NCBI GenBank assembly: GCA_013265495.1
Contig: MU057801.1
Location: 2,696,765-2,760,764 of the forward strand
Source of the DNA: Vicugna vicugna
Lineage: Eukaryota
Length of the DNA: 64,000 bases
Reading direction: 5' to 3'
This document shows, piece by piece, positions 1-13,439 of the stretch (the first letter of the stretch is position 1; each line of letters begins with the position of its first letter). Below the pieces are notes generated by a model, which saw only the letters and a list, made by a program, of their open reading frames with translations, did not search any database and was not told the DNA's origin. The position numbers were made by a program, and so were the translations under genes.

Positions 1-3000
1 CCACCACCTCGCAGTCATTAAGTGGAGCCTTTCTCCAATGAGGACGGAGCAGAACGGGGAGGGGGGGTGCGGGTGCTTTCTTTCATAGTTCAGTGTTGGG
101 CCCCGCGTTGGGAACCACCGGCCCCAGGGCCACGCTCCCTGGGCCTGAGTCTCCCTCCCACCGACACAGCCCTTGTGGCCCAGAAGTGGGACAGGCGGCA
201 CTTGAGCAAAGGTCTGTCCTCCCCGCTCGCTCGTGCCCGGCTTCCTCCGGACCTCGTGCTGGCCTTCAGCCTGAGTCTCGTCTCCAGAAAGGAAGTTCTT
301 TCCTTTCCAGACTCAGAGCCGCACTCTCGTCGAGGGAGCCAGTGCCAACGCGCTAAGAACCCCAGAGGCTCCTGCGGCTGGCAACCCCGGGCCAGGCACA
401 ACCAGCAAGGAGAACAGGGCTGTCGGCCCAGACACGGAGCAAACAATCCACCCATAACCTCGCCCAACTTCCCAGGGGAAGTCTCCCTGGATGGTGGCTG
501 GGAAATTGCCCCGCCTCCTCACATCTGGTTCCTAGATTCAGATGAGGTCAAGACAGCCCCCGGGGCCAAGCAGCCACGGCCCATCGCCCCTCCCCTGGTG
601 CCCACGGTGACCCCCGAGCACAAGCACTTTCTGCTCCTCACAGTCCCAGGACATCACACCAGGACCCCCAGCCCCTGTCCCTCCGGGAGGCCACCTGACC
701 CCTCCTCCCCACTGCTTTTAGCAGGAACTCATGCTCTGGTCGGGGGAGGGGGGAAGGCATGCTGTCTGCACACACCTGCAGGCCTGTTGCCAGGTGGGAT
801 CCACAGCATGTCACACGGACCAGACTCCTCTGGACCAAACCCTGCTTCTGGCCCCTTCAGTTGGATGAGCCTGAGTGCCCCCCAGGCTTGGTGGGCCATG
901 GTCCTGCTCTTCACAGCCAAGGGTGCCCCGAATCCCAGCTAAGATTCTAGGTGTTGGGGGCCCACACATTGGGGCAGCCTGGGCCTGGGAAGGGCAGCCG
1001 TCCACTGCAGGCTGGTTCCGGGTAACCCTCCGGGGAGCGGGTCCCAGGCAGCAGATGGAGGGTCCAGCACAGAGGGCACGGGGGTCCAGACATCCCCCGA
1101 GCCCCAGGGCAGCCCTGCGGCGTCTCAGGGCTGCCAGCCCAGCTGCTCCTTCCTAAAGCCTTGATTTTCCACCTCCTGAAGTCTGACCAGCGGGGAGAGC
1201 AAGTGGCCCAGGAGTGGGTGGGGAGGGGGAGGGGCAGCACAACCGGCATCCCGTCAGGACCCAGGGAAGGGTCAAGCAGCCACCTCCACGCTGCCCAGGT
1301 GGGAACCCAGCGCAGGTCCACCCCACATCAGCCCAAGAAGCCAACCGCCCCGTGGGAACAGGAGCCCCTCCTGGAAGACTGCGGTCCTCCCCTACAGGAA
1401 CCTCCAAGCCCCACCCCCACCCCCACGGCGCCCCTCCATCTCCCACAACCCACCGCCCCCCAGCGTCCCTTGCACTGAGGGGCTTCACAAAAGCAGGGAC
1501 CCAGCTCCAGGGGGGCCAGAGGACCCCCAGAAAGGGCCCCGTCAAGGAGGTGGACTCTGGGGGTCCCCCTGGCCGCAGTCCCAAGATGGAGCCGCTGTAC
1601 AATGTGAAATTCCAAGAGCCTTGGCTTGCCCAAAAGAAAACGAAAGAAAAATAATGTCAGGTATAGAAGGATTCAAAGCACTTCCCAGCTTCAAAATCTG
1701 GAGTCAGAGTCTTAAGGAAAGGTAAATGCTCGTGTAAAACCAGCTGCATCCAAGTAACCTCAGGCTGCTGCTGGGTTCTGGAAGCCAGCATGGGAATTCC
1801 CGACCAAGCTTTGCCATCGGAGTTACTCAGAAGTCTGCGGGGCAGCCACTGGGAGCCCACCAGAAAATAAAGGAGCTCGCTCACTGCAAACTGCGCTAAG
1901 TCTGGGGTGAGAAGAGCGAGTGCAAGGGTCAGGCTGCCTTTTAGCAACCCCAGATTCTCCTCCGGAAACTCCCGTCCCAGCCCTCCCGGCCCCATCAGCC
2001 ATACGTCCACCCTGTGCCCCTCCCTCGTCGAATCTGAAACCCTTGCTGACCTCCCTTCAGCTGGCCCCAAGCTTCACTAGAACAGACTCTCCCCCCCAGG
2101 CCCCAGTCTGGGCTCTCACCCCCGGGCACTGCTCAACACACAGCCACCCAGCGGAGAAGCGAGTCTCCATTTTGCAGAGAAGAGACGGTCAGAGAGGTGG
2201 AGCCTTGCTCCAGGTCACACGCAGCCGGGGACAAAGCAAGCAGGCACAGGCCTCCACGCACCTGGCCACGCCCCCCACGGCGCGCAGGCCGGCCACTGCC
2301 CCTTGGCCTTCATCCACACGCCACCCCTCCTCTGCTTCTCAAGCCCACCCCCCAGGACTTCCTCGGACTCTTCTCTGAGCGAGACTTCCTGCTTCCTCCC
2401 ACCAGCGCCCCGTGGAGACACTTCCGTGACCTTAACAAATGGCCTGGCATGGAGACGCCCAGGGCCCGGGGCACAAGCCAGCCTCTGGGGAGGTGCAGCC
2501 AGGCTTCAGACTGCACAGCCCCCTCTGCCCACAGGGGCCCGTCGGCCTGCCCCAGACAGAGGGGCGCCCCAAAGGCCAGGCCCCACCCTGTACTCCCGGT
2601 GCAAGTTAGGGACCAGTAACGCCCAGGGCCCCACCAACCTGCCAGGGAGGGGCCGTCCTCCCTGCCCACCGAGGGGCTCTGAGGCAGGCAGGGGCACCTG
2701 ATGTCCCCTCTGTTCCTCGGGACACCGTGCACAACCTCCTGCAGTAACAGAACCCAGGTGAGTGACCACAGACATCACTGCCTCCGAGGCTGGGCCCACT
2801 CGGCTCAGGTGTGCCCCCTCCCCCGCAGCCCGGATGCCCAGCCCTGCTGCACGGCCTGGCGGTCACCACACGGGCCCAGCCTTCAGGGCCGGGGCAGCGC
2901 TGGCCTCGCCCCATCCCTCCTTCATAGAGGAGGTCCCGGCCAGGGCAGAAACCTGTCACAGCTTAATTAAAAGGGTTACCTCTGGACCCCTCTTCAGAGA

Positions 3001-6000
3001 ACTCAGACGGCAGATCCTAGTTCAGAGCCTGGTGAACACTCTCGGACGGCCCTCTCCTCTGTCTGGGGGACCACGCACCCCCCACCCCCAAGAGTCCCTA
3101 TGTGCAGGGACGCTGGGACCAGCCGCAGCTGTGTGCCCTGCTCCTCGCCCTCCGCCCGTCCCCAGACTGGAAATCCCTGGCCCAGACCCCAGGCTCCAGG
3201 CAGACAGTGGTCCTGAACCACCACCATCCGCCTCGAGGAAGAGGTTTGTGTTTCTCCACATCCCCACCCCCAGGGCCTCCGGAATCTGCTTGAACTGGAT
3301 GGGAAGGACCGTCTCGCAAAAGAGGCGTGGGGACAGCTGGAAGGACCGGGCCCGGGGCTATCTGGCCGCACAGCCTCCGGGAGCCGCCCAGGTTATCTGT
3401 GCCGCCTGGCCTCTGCAGCCCTGGCCTTGGAGGCCTCAGGCAGTGCCAGGGGCCCAGGTTTGCCGTCCTGCTGGTTTGCTGGGGGAGAACAGCTTCCTCA
3501 GGCCAGTTCTCAGCACACCCCCGGTAGAGGAAGGATGAAAGTCAGCTAGGCAGCCCTCTGGCCCTCGCCCTGGGCTGGGGTCACAGGTGGCCCTCTTCCC
3601 CAGGCAGTGTGTGCAGGCCATGGGAGACGTGTGCAGGTCATCCCACGCTGCCCCGGCCAGCTTCCCATCCGGGAGTGAGCACTGCACATGAAGGAGGCTG
3701 TCCTCTTCCCAGACCCACGCGGCCCGCGCCAGCAGGAGGCCCACCACACTGCCCAGTGTGCCCCCAGGGCCTTGGCCCAGCGCCAGCCAGTGCTGCAGAG
3801 GGAAGGAACCGATGGGGCAGGTGGGGTGGGGACAGAATGAGAACACGCGGGCCCCCCAGGGTTCCCAAAGCTGGTCCCACCAGGCCTCCCTGCCCCAGGG
3901 AGCTGCGGCCGCAAATATACAATGGCATTCAGATCTGCTGGTATTCAGATTCTCGAAGGCTACATGGCCCTCAGGCAGCAGCCCAACCTCCAAGGCGGGA
4001 ACAGGGCGGTCCCCGCAGCCCGGAGAGGTCTCCAGAAAGGATCCTGGGGCATAGGCGCAGGCTGTAGAAATGTGCACGGAGAATGAGCACGTTTAAAGTG
4101 TACGCAAGGTGGGTGTGCACACGCGCATCTGCCAAGCCCGGGGACGGTGCCACTCTCCTGGGCTGGGCAGGGTGTCACGACCACTGGGGCAGAGTGGGTT
4201 CCCATCACAAGCTCTGTGATGACTCTTCAGAAATGTACCTCCTCAAAGCTCCCAGCAGACCCTGAGGAGCTGTCTGGCCACCTGGCACAGGAGATGGGTC
4301 CTCAGCTTCCGACAGACGAGGTGGCCTGGTCCCCGGGAAACGCCAGCCCCTGGAACTGCAGCCCCGTGCGGTTTCCTTCCACGGCTCAGGCTGTGGGTCT
4401 GGAACTTGTCTTCAGGCCGCTGAGGCCTGTGACCGTCCAGGGCACCTTGGGTGCTACCACGTGGGACACTTGGCAGGAATGCACTCATTCTAGTGGCAGT
4501 CTGTGTGCTGGCAGGACAGCGAGCCCTGAAGTGCGGGCAGTCCTCCGAGACGAGGAAGAAAACCTCACACCAAAACCCTAACACGACCAGGACAATGATT
4601 AATCCCAGTGCCTCAGAGCAGCTGCCCTTGCAGACACACAATTCTCCTTTCACGCAAACAGTAGGTAACGGGCACCTGGCACCAAGACCGGCTCAAGTGT
4701 GTAAAACCATTTCAGGCAAGTCTGTTTATTTTTAGAGAGAGGATAATAAATTCCTTCCATGTACTTAGACATTTGTCCCCTGCCCTGGGCTGCTTTGCAA
4801 TGGAAATGAAGTTGTTCTTTGTGTTAACCAGCTGGCTGCAGTCCTGAGCCGCCCCCATGGTTACAACCACATACTCGGCAGGCTGGCTGAGCACGGCTCG
4901 CAGACGCTGCCCAACACGGGCCCGGGGGTGGCCCACTGGAGGACAGAAGGAGATCAGTCCACGGCTGGGCTGCCTTACCCCCTCCACACCCCCGAGCCCC
5001 GCAGAGAGCCGTGATCTTCTACGAGTGGGAGCAGCTAGGTCTGTCCGGGGACCCAGGTCAGGGAGGTGACCGGCAGGAAGGGCTGGGATGGACTGTGACC
5101 GCGAGGAGTGCTGGGGGCGGGCGAGGCACAAGCAGGGCAGTGCCCGCTAACTGTAGCCACGGCAGACTTAACAGGCGTCACCCCTGCATCTAGGGGTCAC
5201 CTTGACTACAGCTTCGCAAGGGCTGGTGCACTTGGTCTGTGATAAAACCAGAGTCTGAAAAACTGTCAGGACACCTGGGGTCCCCAAGGGACGGGCGACT
5301 GCTGTGCTCAGCCCCGGGGTCTGGACCTGTCCATCTGAACATCCTCCCACTACCACGTCCCCTGGCTCCCCTGCCCCAGCCCTGTGCACCTGCACCTCAC
5401 TTGCTCCCTGGACGCCCTGCTCCGGCCTGGATGGCCCACCCCCACCCCATCTCCCAGGACCTCAGCTTGAACGCCACTCCTCAGAGAGGCCTGACTGTTG
5501 AGACCCAAAGTGACCCCCTGGCTACACTCGGCCGTGTGGTTGGGGACCGTCTGTGACTACAGCGTACCTCCGCCTGCCTTAATGGTACCGTGCACTCAGG
5601 GACACTGGAGGAATGACTGGCAAGAAGCACGGCGGCCACCCACCAGGACAGCGTCACCCACAACTACTTGATGGAGGGGTGAAGGGACCCAGGGCTGGGC
5701 TCATGGTGGAGCTGAGATGGTGCTGAAAGCGAGTGGATGCTTGAGCGAAGGCATTTTCAGCAGTGACAGGCCACAGGGACCGGGAGCAAGGCCGCCCTGG
5801 GAAGGGCAGCGCCTTGTGAAGGCCAGGGCCTGGTCCCGGACACCGGGCCCCCTCCACCCCCCAACACACAAGCAGCGTCCAGAAGACCGCTTGGCACATC
5901 AAACATATGAGGAACTTGAGGCCTCACAGATACAAACGCCAGGTGTGGCCCTTTTTAACGACATGCCTGCTGCTTGCGCCGCTGTCACCCCAGCGTGTTT

Positions 6001-6300
6001 CGTTCAGTGCATGTTCATGTTTGCTCTTGCCGAGAGCAGAGGTCAGCTCCAGAGTGGCAACACGGCCCCGATACGCAGATAACCCCCCACCCAGAGTCGG
6101 CCACAGGCACGCAGGACGGTGCCAGGACCTGCCCTGTGCCCTGAACATTCGTCATACTTGTCTCCAAAGACTGGCTCCTGCCGCGGGACCTAAAGACTCC
6201 AAGTATCACCCCTGTGGATGAGCGGGCCGGGCCTCCGCCTGTTCACAGCCCGGGGCCGGTGCCGGGCACAGAGACGCCCACCATCGGGGACACTGCGTAC

Positions 6301-6397
6301 CTGTAGGTGATCCTCACTTCGGTTCCAGGCTCATCGCGCTCCCAGATCAAAGCGACGCTCTCCGGGGACTTCCAGACGTGCTGATCCAGGCAGTTGA
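6301..6397 (-). CDS. ACSS1: ACSS1 coding exon 2 (97 bp); the gene continues beyond the left end of the window
   Basis: Encodes (V)NCLDQHVWKSPESVALIWERDEPGTEVRITY(R), a typical acetyl-CoA synthetase N-terminal segment. Acceptor ctgttctgtgcAG and donor GTacgc. Phase matches exon 1 (G+TC = Val). Confidence 0.95.
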
Positions 6398-7478
6398 CTG
6401 CACAGAACAGGTTCAAGGACGTTACACTCCGTGGGCTGCTCTCCCTGGGTGGGCCTCCCTCCCTCACCAGGGGCAGGTCTCCCCTCCCTTGCAAGGAGAG
6501 GGGTGACAGAACCCACGGAAACAAGGCCGTCACTGCGCAAGGATGACCCCGCGAGTCCAGGTGACCCCTGCTTCACGCCAGGAGCCCCAGCCTCGCCACC
6601 GCGGGGACCCTGACCCGACTGGCCCGGTTTTCAAGGCTTCCAGGTGGTTCTAAAGTGCTGCCTGGGCCGAGCTGCTAGAATGAAGGCTCGCTGCAAACAG
6701 GGTGTCCCGATTCGGAGCGCGGCTGGCGGGACGGGCTCCTGAGCGGTGGAGGTGCAACCAGGACAAGGACCTGCAAACCCTCGCATGGGGCGGCCAGCTC
6801 GCTGCTCCGGGAAGCGGTGCAGGGATGGGAAAGGCCTCGCTGGTTTCTGGAAGGTTCTGCCCGCCTCCCGCTCCACAGCCCGAGCTCAGATCACATGGCT
6901 GCCCCAGTTACCTGGGACAGCTCCCTGTCCACCTGAAGGTCAGCAGGGCCGTGGCCACCCTGGTCACCAGCGCTCGCTGGGCTTCGGGGGCGCTCGGCCC
7001 TGCCCACTGTCCAGAGCCCCTTCCGTTGGGCCCTCACAGACAGTCTGTGTCACCCGCCCCCCACCGGGGGGAGTCAGTACTGCCGTAAGCGCAGGGGCGG
7101 CAGCCGCCTGTGCCCCGTCTCCAGGGTCGCCCCCTGGTCTCCAGGGTCACCCGTGTCCAGGTAAACACATTTTTCCTTTTTGGGGCGGTTACTTATCTTC
7201 TCCTACTCAGTCTCCTTTGACACAAATGGGAGCTACTCCATCTGTCACGTCTGAGTCACAGCCGAGGATCAGAATCCCGCAGGAGACTCAGTGCCGCTGC
7301 GGGAGCACAGGGTGAGCCACACCTGCTCAGCCCACCCGCCCCCGACAAGCCGCTACAGACACTTCCTGACGGAAACCCATCCGGACGAGTTACGGGAGAC
7401 TCTCCCCAGAATAAGTCACGTGATTCTCATGATCCTCGAGGGGGAGACCGCACGCGAAAACATGTACACACTGGCACT

Positions 7479-7546
7479 TGTGTGTCTGTGTCTGTGTGCG
7501 TGTGCCTGTATGTATGTGTGTCTGTGGGTCTGTGTGTGTGTGTGTA
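7479..7546. repeat. Imperfect (TG)n microsatellite
   Basis: tgtgtgtctgtgtctgtgtgcgtgtg...tgtgtgtgt. Confidence 0.85.
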
Positions 7547-9876
7547 AGCGTGTGTCAATCACATTTTTTCCCCTCTTGGGTTATTTTATCTATCATTTAC
7601 TCTTACACATTAGTAAAACAATTTCATTTCAGTTTTCTGGCTCATAACAAGTATATCAATTATACCTCCAAAGGTTTAATAAATGTAGATGTCATACGAA
7701 AAAGCACTCCTTACTGACACAAGAAAGTTCTTTGAATCGGTAGAAAAACAGAAGAGAAGAAACGCCCAGAAAACAGAAGAGAGGAAAGTAAGAAGACAAA
7801 CTGAGGAGTTTTGGTGGCAGGACCTGGATTTACACAGTAAATCTGACATCAGCGCAGGTCAGTCTGGCCCAAAGTTTAGGAATCAAGAGTTTTCACACTA
7901 AAACCACCGATTCCTGGAATAGTCAGCAGATGAGGGCGTACCCCTGCCTGGGAGCTGAGGCAGTGACCACCCCTCTGCAGGGGGGGGTCCTGTCCCCGCG
8001 CCCACTGCGTGGCCCATGGGACAGGAAGCGGTGCCCTTGGGAGGCCACAAGCCTGGGAGTGCCCAGCTGAGGACGGGCTGCATGCAGCCGGGCACTGAGC
8101 AGAGCCCAGCAGGAAGAGGGCCGCTCCGGGCATCACCAGGGAGCTGGCTGCAGGACAGAGGCTCGGCCCCAACCCAGACCCACCTTGAGAAGCCCCCAGG
8201 AGATGTGCGTGCGGCCTCTGATCGGGCAGCTGCTCCCAAACGCCCCTCCCTGGGTTGGGCCCTCTGAGTTGCCCTGGAAGTGGCCGGCTTGGGTGTAGCT
8301 GGGGAAACAGTCTCCGAATGGCCCAGGCGGTCAGCGACCTGCCCGAGGTCCAGCCAGGAAGCAGGCGTCCAGGCAGGTCTCCAGTGCAGCGCCCCCCGCC
8401 CTCAGAGGTGCAGGACGAGGGGCCACCCAGGCCCCGCGTGAACTGCCGCCCCTCGCTGGCCGGGCCAAGTCTGCGGAGGGCTTCCTGCCCCAGGCCCTTG
8501 GCGTGGTTTCTCCCTGCCTGGTGGACTCCGCCCCACTGCTGCCGTGGCCCTGGCACCCACACGCTAGGGCCCGGCCTGCTCGCCCTCACTCCATCCTGGG
8601 CCCCTCACTTCCCTGGCCTCCTGCCTCCCTCTCCGCTTCCTGAGATGCTCGCAGCCTGGTGCCCCTTGGTGCCCTGCTCCTGCCTGTCTGCTTGCAGCCG
8701 GACCCGGGGCACAGAGCAAAGGAGCGCCTCAGCCCTGGCTGATGGGTAGACCTTTGAGTCTGCGAGCTGCAGGGCGGCAGCGGGGTCCTGATGACACCGG
8801 GCTGGCCCCAGGTCCGGGGAGGGAACAGACCTCTTCTTGTCTTCATGGCTTCATCCCTCAAGAAGTTTTCTTTTTGGCCTAAATTAGGGCTCCTAAACCC
8901 CCGGGGGCCCCGAGGACTTGTGAGCACACACGGATTGGGGGGCCTCACCCCGAGTCTCTGACCGGGCAGGCCTGGGTGGGCCGAGCGTTTCACTTCTAAC
9001 AAGATCCGACATCAGGCTGCTACTGGGGCCCCGGCCTGGCTCACACAGACAGACAGACAGACAGCCGTGTGTGCGTACGTCCACTCATACCCACCCAGTA
9101 TGTGCTTTGCAGATTCCAGGCAGCTTTCTTTTTCCAGTGGGGACCCCTGCCAGCGCTGTAAGGCATCGGCGAGCAGCTGGGGTCATGGTTAAAACCACAC
9201 TCCCTAGAGTCATCGTCCAACCACTCACCAACCAAAGACTGGCCTGTTCATCTCTAAGCACGGTCGCTAAATCTCACTCTTCCAATCCGTAGGGGAGTGG
9301 CGCTTCCTGGCTCTGGGAGTCACAGTAGTAATCAGACGCCACTGGCGTTTTCCTGCCATGGGGTCAGATGGTCTGACGGTGTCCCCAAGGGAGACACAGC
9401 TCACAGCTGCCGTGGATGACACTCAGATGACACGGCACCAGGGCAGCACAGTGCAGGGCCTAGAGACGCGGCTCCGCGGCGTTAACACACACGCGCACGG
9501 CTTCCGCTTTTGTCCCGACTGCAGAGAAAACGAGGAGGAAGGATGAAGGGAAGCAAACTGCTATGTCCCTCGTTTAAAAAAAAGTCTTCACCCAAAGAAC
9601 TGGCAGCGGGACAAGAAAATTCCATTTCCAAGAATAGCTGGACAAGGAGATCCTGCAATTTAAGGCTCGGCTCAAACCCCACCTCTTACGTCAGGCCTTT
9701 TCCAAATTCCCCGGCAGAGTGATCTCTCCCGCTCAGCACTCAGTGACACGCTCAGTGCTTACTCGCTCTGCTCAGCAGCCGCGACCTGGGCACAGTGTCC
9801 CTGAGGGCAGGGACCCGCCCCTGCGAGGCCTTCCTCTCGGGCATCCTAACTCCCCGGGTAGCGGCCGTGAAACCTC

Positions 9877-9965
9877 GAGCCGGTTGCCCAGAGCCGGTCG
9901 CCCAGAGCGGGTCGCCCAGAGCAGGTCACACAGAGCCAGTCGCCCAGAGCCAGTCGCACAGAGCA
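9877..9965. repeat. Tandem repeat, 14-bp unit (GGTCGCCCAGAGCC) x about 6
   Basis: ggttgcccagagcc ggtcgcccagagcg ggtcgcccagagca ggtcacacagagcc agtcgcccagagcc agtcgcacagagca. Confidence 0.85.
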
Positions 9966-11947
9966 GACCTGCTCCTTTGCAGATGTGCGGTCCATCTCCT
10001 CATCAGACCGCTGGGGCACGGGGGCGTTTTCCACACTGTCCGCCACCATACGCGAGTCAGAGCCTTTATTCCCACATCAGTACAATGGGGCCACCAAACA
10101 CCTCACGCTGGTGTCATGAGGACATGAGATGAGACTCCATCACGTTCACCTAGGGCAGGTCTGCACCCGGGCTCTGCAAATGCCGCTGGTGGGCGGCGGG
10201 TGGGCTTGGGTTTGTTCTAAAGACATGGTGACCAGACAGTCATCATTTCCATCATAAAAAAGGACACACGAACGCAGGAATTTTCATTCAGCAAACTCTT
10301 GCTCTGTTTAAGTGCATCCCTGCCCCTCCCCCAACTTTACAGAAATTCTGTTTCCATCCAACAAAGAGAGGGAGTTAATATTCACAAAAGGATTCACAAT
10401 GGGCTTTCTTTAAATAGAACACCTCCCTCGCACATTTTAAGATATTACATCAGTCACAAAAACTGTAGTTGCCAACTTTCCATAAGCACCGCTATTTAAA
10501 GTAAGTCATGCTTCTGACACTGGAGAGGATTCAGACTTCCCTGAGGGACCCTCCTCCCCAGCCCTGAGGTCACGTTTCCACTGAGAGTTCCTTGAAGGGC
10601 CTCAGAGTCACTCCCGTCGCTGGGGGGAAGCGCAGCCAGGACTGCAGGCACTTGCCGTGTCAGTGTGTCTGCGACCTGAATGATCTGATGCACGTCATAA
10701 AGAAAAGAGAGCACTGCAGCACGGTTTCCACTGCTGCAACGGACGCTCCGAAAGGTGTGTGAGAAAGCCTGTGCTGGACGCTTACTCACAACCAGTGTCC
10801 TAGACCCTTGCTCGAAAGTAAGACACACACACTTGTTTTTCAAAATCAGACTCAAAATAGCATTTAGTTTTGTGTTCTGAAAGCAACAGGGCGCCACGCT
10901 CAAGTTCCACACCTGCAACTTCCTGACATCGCGCGTTTATCCCCATGGAGCCAAGACAACTGTGGAGCCCCACGAGGGAAAGAGCCAAACCTGAAAGGCT
11001 GGAAAGGAGCCTTTTCAGAGCCTGGCTTTCTGAAGAACTTTGCATGGAGCAGGTTTATGCAAATGGCACAGAAGCAAGTCACTGGAGGGGGCATGGCCCG
11101 AAACCCCTCCCCAGGGGCTTCTGGCACCGCCACCCAGCCCTCCCAAGGCCTGGCTACCCCAGGGCTCCAGGACCAGGTTTGAGAGCCCCATTCGCCATCC
11201 GTGTGCCCTCTGGGGCCTGCTTCCCACATCGGCTGATCAGAGGGAAACCCATGCAGTCCCTTTCGGAGGAAGCACAGCAGGCCAGCAGCACTGCTGAAGG
11301 CCAGGTTCAAGGTCATAGCCCCCCCACCCCTGGGATCCATTAATAAATAACGAAGGCCAGGGACTGGGCGCAGGAATGCACAGTGTTTTACAAGCATTTT
11401 CTCATTTCATGCCTTAGGTGTTCCCCAGTCACATGATGCCGAGCAGGAACCTGCCCTGGTCCCTGGGAGCGCTGGTCGCCGATGTCCCCAGGGCCAGGTA
11501 CCACCCAAGAAGAGGCCCCTTGCAGGAGCTTTGGGTGGCAGCTACAGCTGAGCCAGCCTGCAGTGGGCACAGCCCAGGCCCCCTCCTTGGGGGTGAGCAG
11601 CAGGGAGATGACTGGGGCCTCTGACATCAGGAACAAAGGCGCACCATGCCCACCGGGCCCTGTCCAAAGTCCTGACCCACGGGATCCCAGACACCAAGAA
11701 AATGGCAACAAGAGTAAGTGGAGCAGAATTCGGTTATACGCTAACCTCACGTTACAGACGAGGAAATAGGGGCACAGAACGGCCTGGGGAAGCAAAGATT
11801 AGACATAGGTGTGAATCCAGAGGCAGGCCCGGAACCGCTGTCTGTCCCCCTACACACCACTGTGTCTGCTTCACGGTCTCCTGAGGACACTCATCTCAAC
11901 GCTGCCCACGTCACCAGCACCTCCTCCCACCCCGGCTGGACGCAGGT

Positions 11948-12097
11948 CAGTGGTTCTCGACCTTTAGTGTGCACCGGGAGCCCCAGCGGGCCTCCCCCGC
12001 CCCAGGTCACTGGCCCTGGTATGGCATCTGAGAACTTGAGCTTCTAAAACGTTTGCTGCTGATGCCGCGGTCCAGAGACCACACTTTGAGAACTACA
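11948..12097. mobile_element. MER5A-like hAT-Charlie DNA transposon remnant
   Basis: Starts cagtggttctc and ends ccacactttgagaactac, resembling MER5A termini. Confidence 0.6.
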
Positions 12098-13439
12098 GGT
12101 ACAAACCTTCCTGAAGGGTAAAGGGAGGTTGGAGTGACACTCCTTTGGAGCACACCATCATCACATGACCGTCACACAGACAGACATCGAGCCAAGACTC
12201 CCCACCCCCGCCCGCGACTTTCTGGGTGGCTCCCAGGGCAGCCCTGACTTGGCCTGCTCCTGGTTCACACCATCACCTCTATGATTTGCAGACACTGGCG
12301 AAGGGCAGAGAGATTCCTGACAGATAAGTGGGTGGCATATACATTCGAGGGGAAATGCAGCTGAAAAGCTGGTTTTCTACAAGTCAGTTTTCTGAAGCTC
12401 TACTTCCAGTTAAGGTAGCCATCGAGGAGAAATAAGAGAAGGAAAAGAGGCAGGGGGGTTGCTTGCAGACCACACCCTGACCTGACCCTGACCCTGACCA
12501 AGTGAGCTCACGAGGCCCTGCGGCCTGTCCCGTGAGGTCTGTCCCCCATCTTATCTGAGAATGAGAGTTAGCCAGTGTTCAGGAGCCAACCTTGAACGTT
12601 CCGGCAGACTCAGGCCGCCCAAGTCCAGGGCAGCTTCCGAAGGAGCTGCAAACTTCTGCCCCTGTCTGTGGCTCTCCCATCCAGCCTGCTTATTACCGGC
12701 CCTGCAAACCTAAGGGGTTAGTTTTTTCCCACTAGTTCAAGGACACTTGCTGCTGACTCAATTTTAAAGAAAACATGTATCTACTAAATGAGTCATCTTG
12801 ATTCTATCAGCAAGGCAATATACTGTATGTATATATAAACCTGGTCCAAAGTTCACTTAAGTTTATTTGTTGAAAAATAACTGTAAGATACTCTGATAAC
12901 CCTATGGCTATCTCTGAAATTTACAAACTAAAATCACTACTGCTCATGCATCACCAGTACGTACGTACCCAGCCAGCTCCACCTTTGTGTACTCTGTCCT
13001 CACAACCAGCCCCTCACGTGGGCATTACTGACCCCCCACCCCTCCCCGGTCCTCACAAGAGACTGAGGCTCAGAGCATCAGAAAAACTGGTGGAGCCAGG
13101 AGACCCCTCCCTCCCAGTTCAAGCCTTGGCCACGAAGACCTACAGAACCGTTCCTTAAACACCGCCTACATCCCACCTACCCCGTTATGCTTTCCTGCCA
13201 GATAGGCAGCCTCTCTGACCACCCCTCCTGGCCACCCACTCCCCAGGCCTACCCTGTCTGGCTGGCTGCTGCCACATTCCTGGGCCTTACCCCATCCCCG
13301 GTCATGGAACAGTGCACTCTCCCCACCCCCCAACCCCAGTCCAAACCTTAACAATTAACAAAAGAGTAGTGGATTCAACCTAGGCAAAGTGCAGAAGACG
13401 GGCTGGTGGTGGAGCCGGTTTCTGGGCCCTGCCCCGAGG

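Noticed and set aside
22..942. 306-aa ORF at the window start and 307-aa ORF at 55836-56759
   Set aside because: Non-ATG starts, no recognisable homology, and they lie in ACSS1 intron 2 (antisense) and intergenic GC-rich DNA respectively.
7516..7545. Shared string tgtgtctgtgggtctgtgtgtg with 55466-55490
   Set aside because: Convergent low-complexity variants of (TG)n; the flanks are unrelated.
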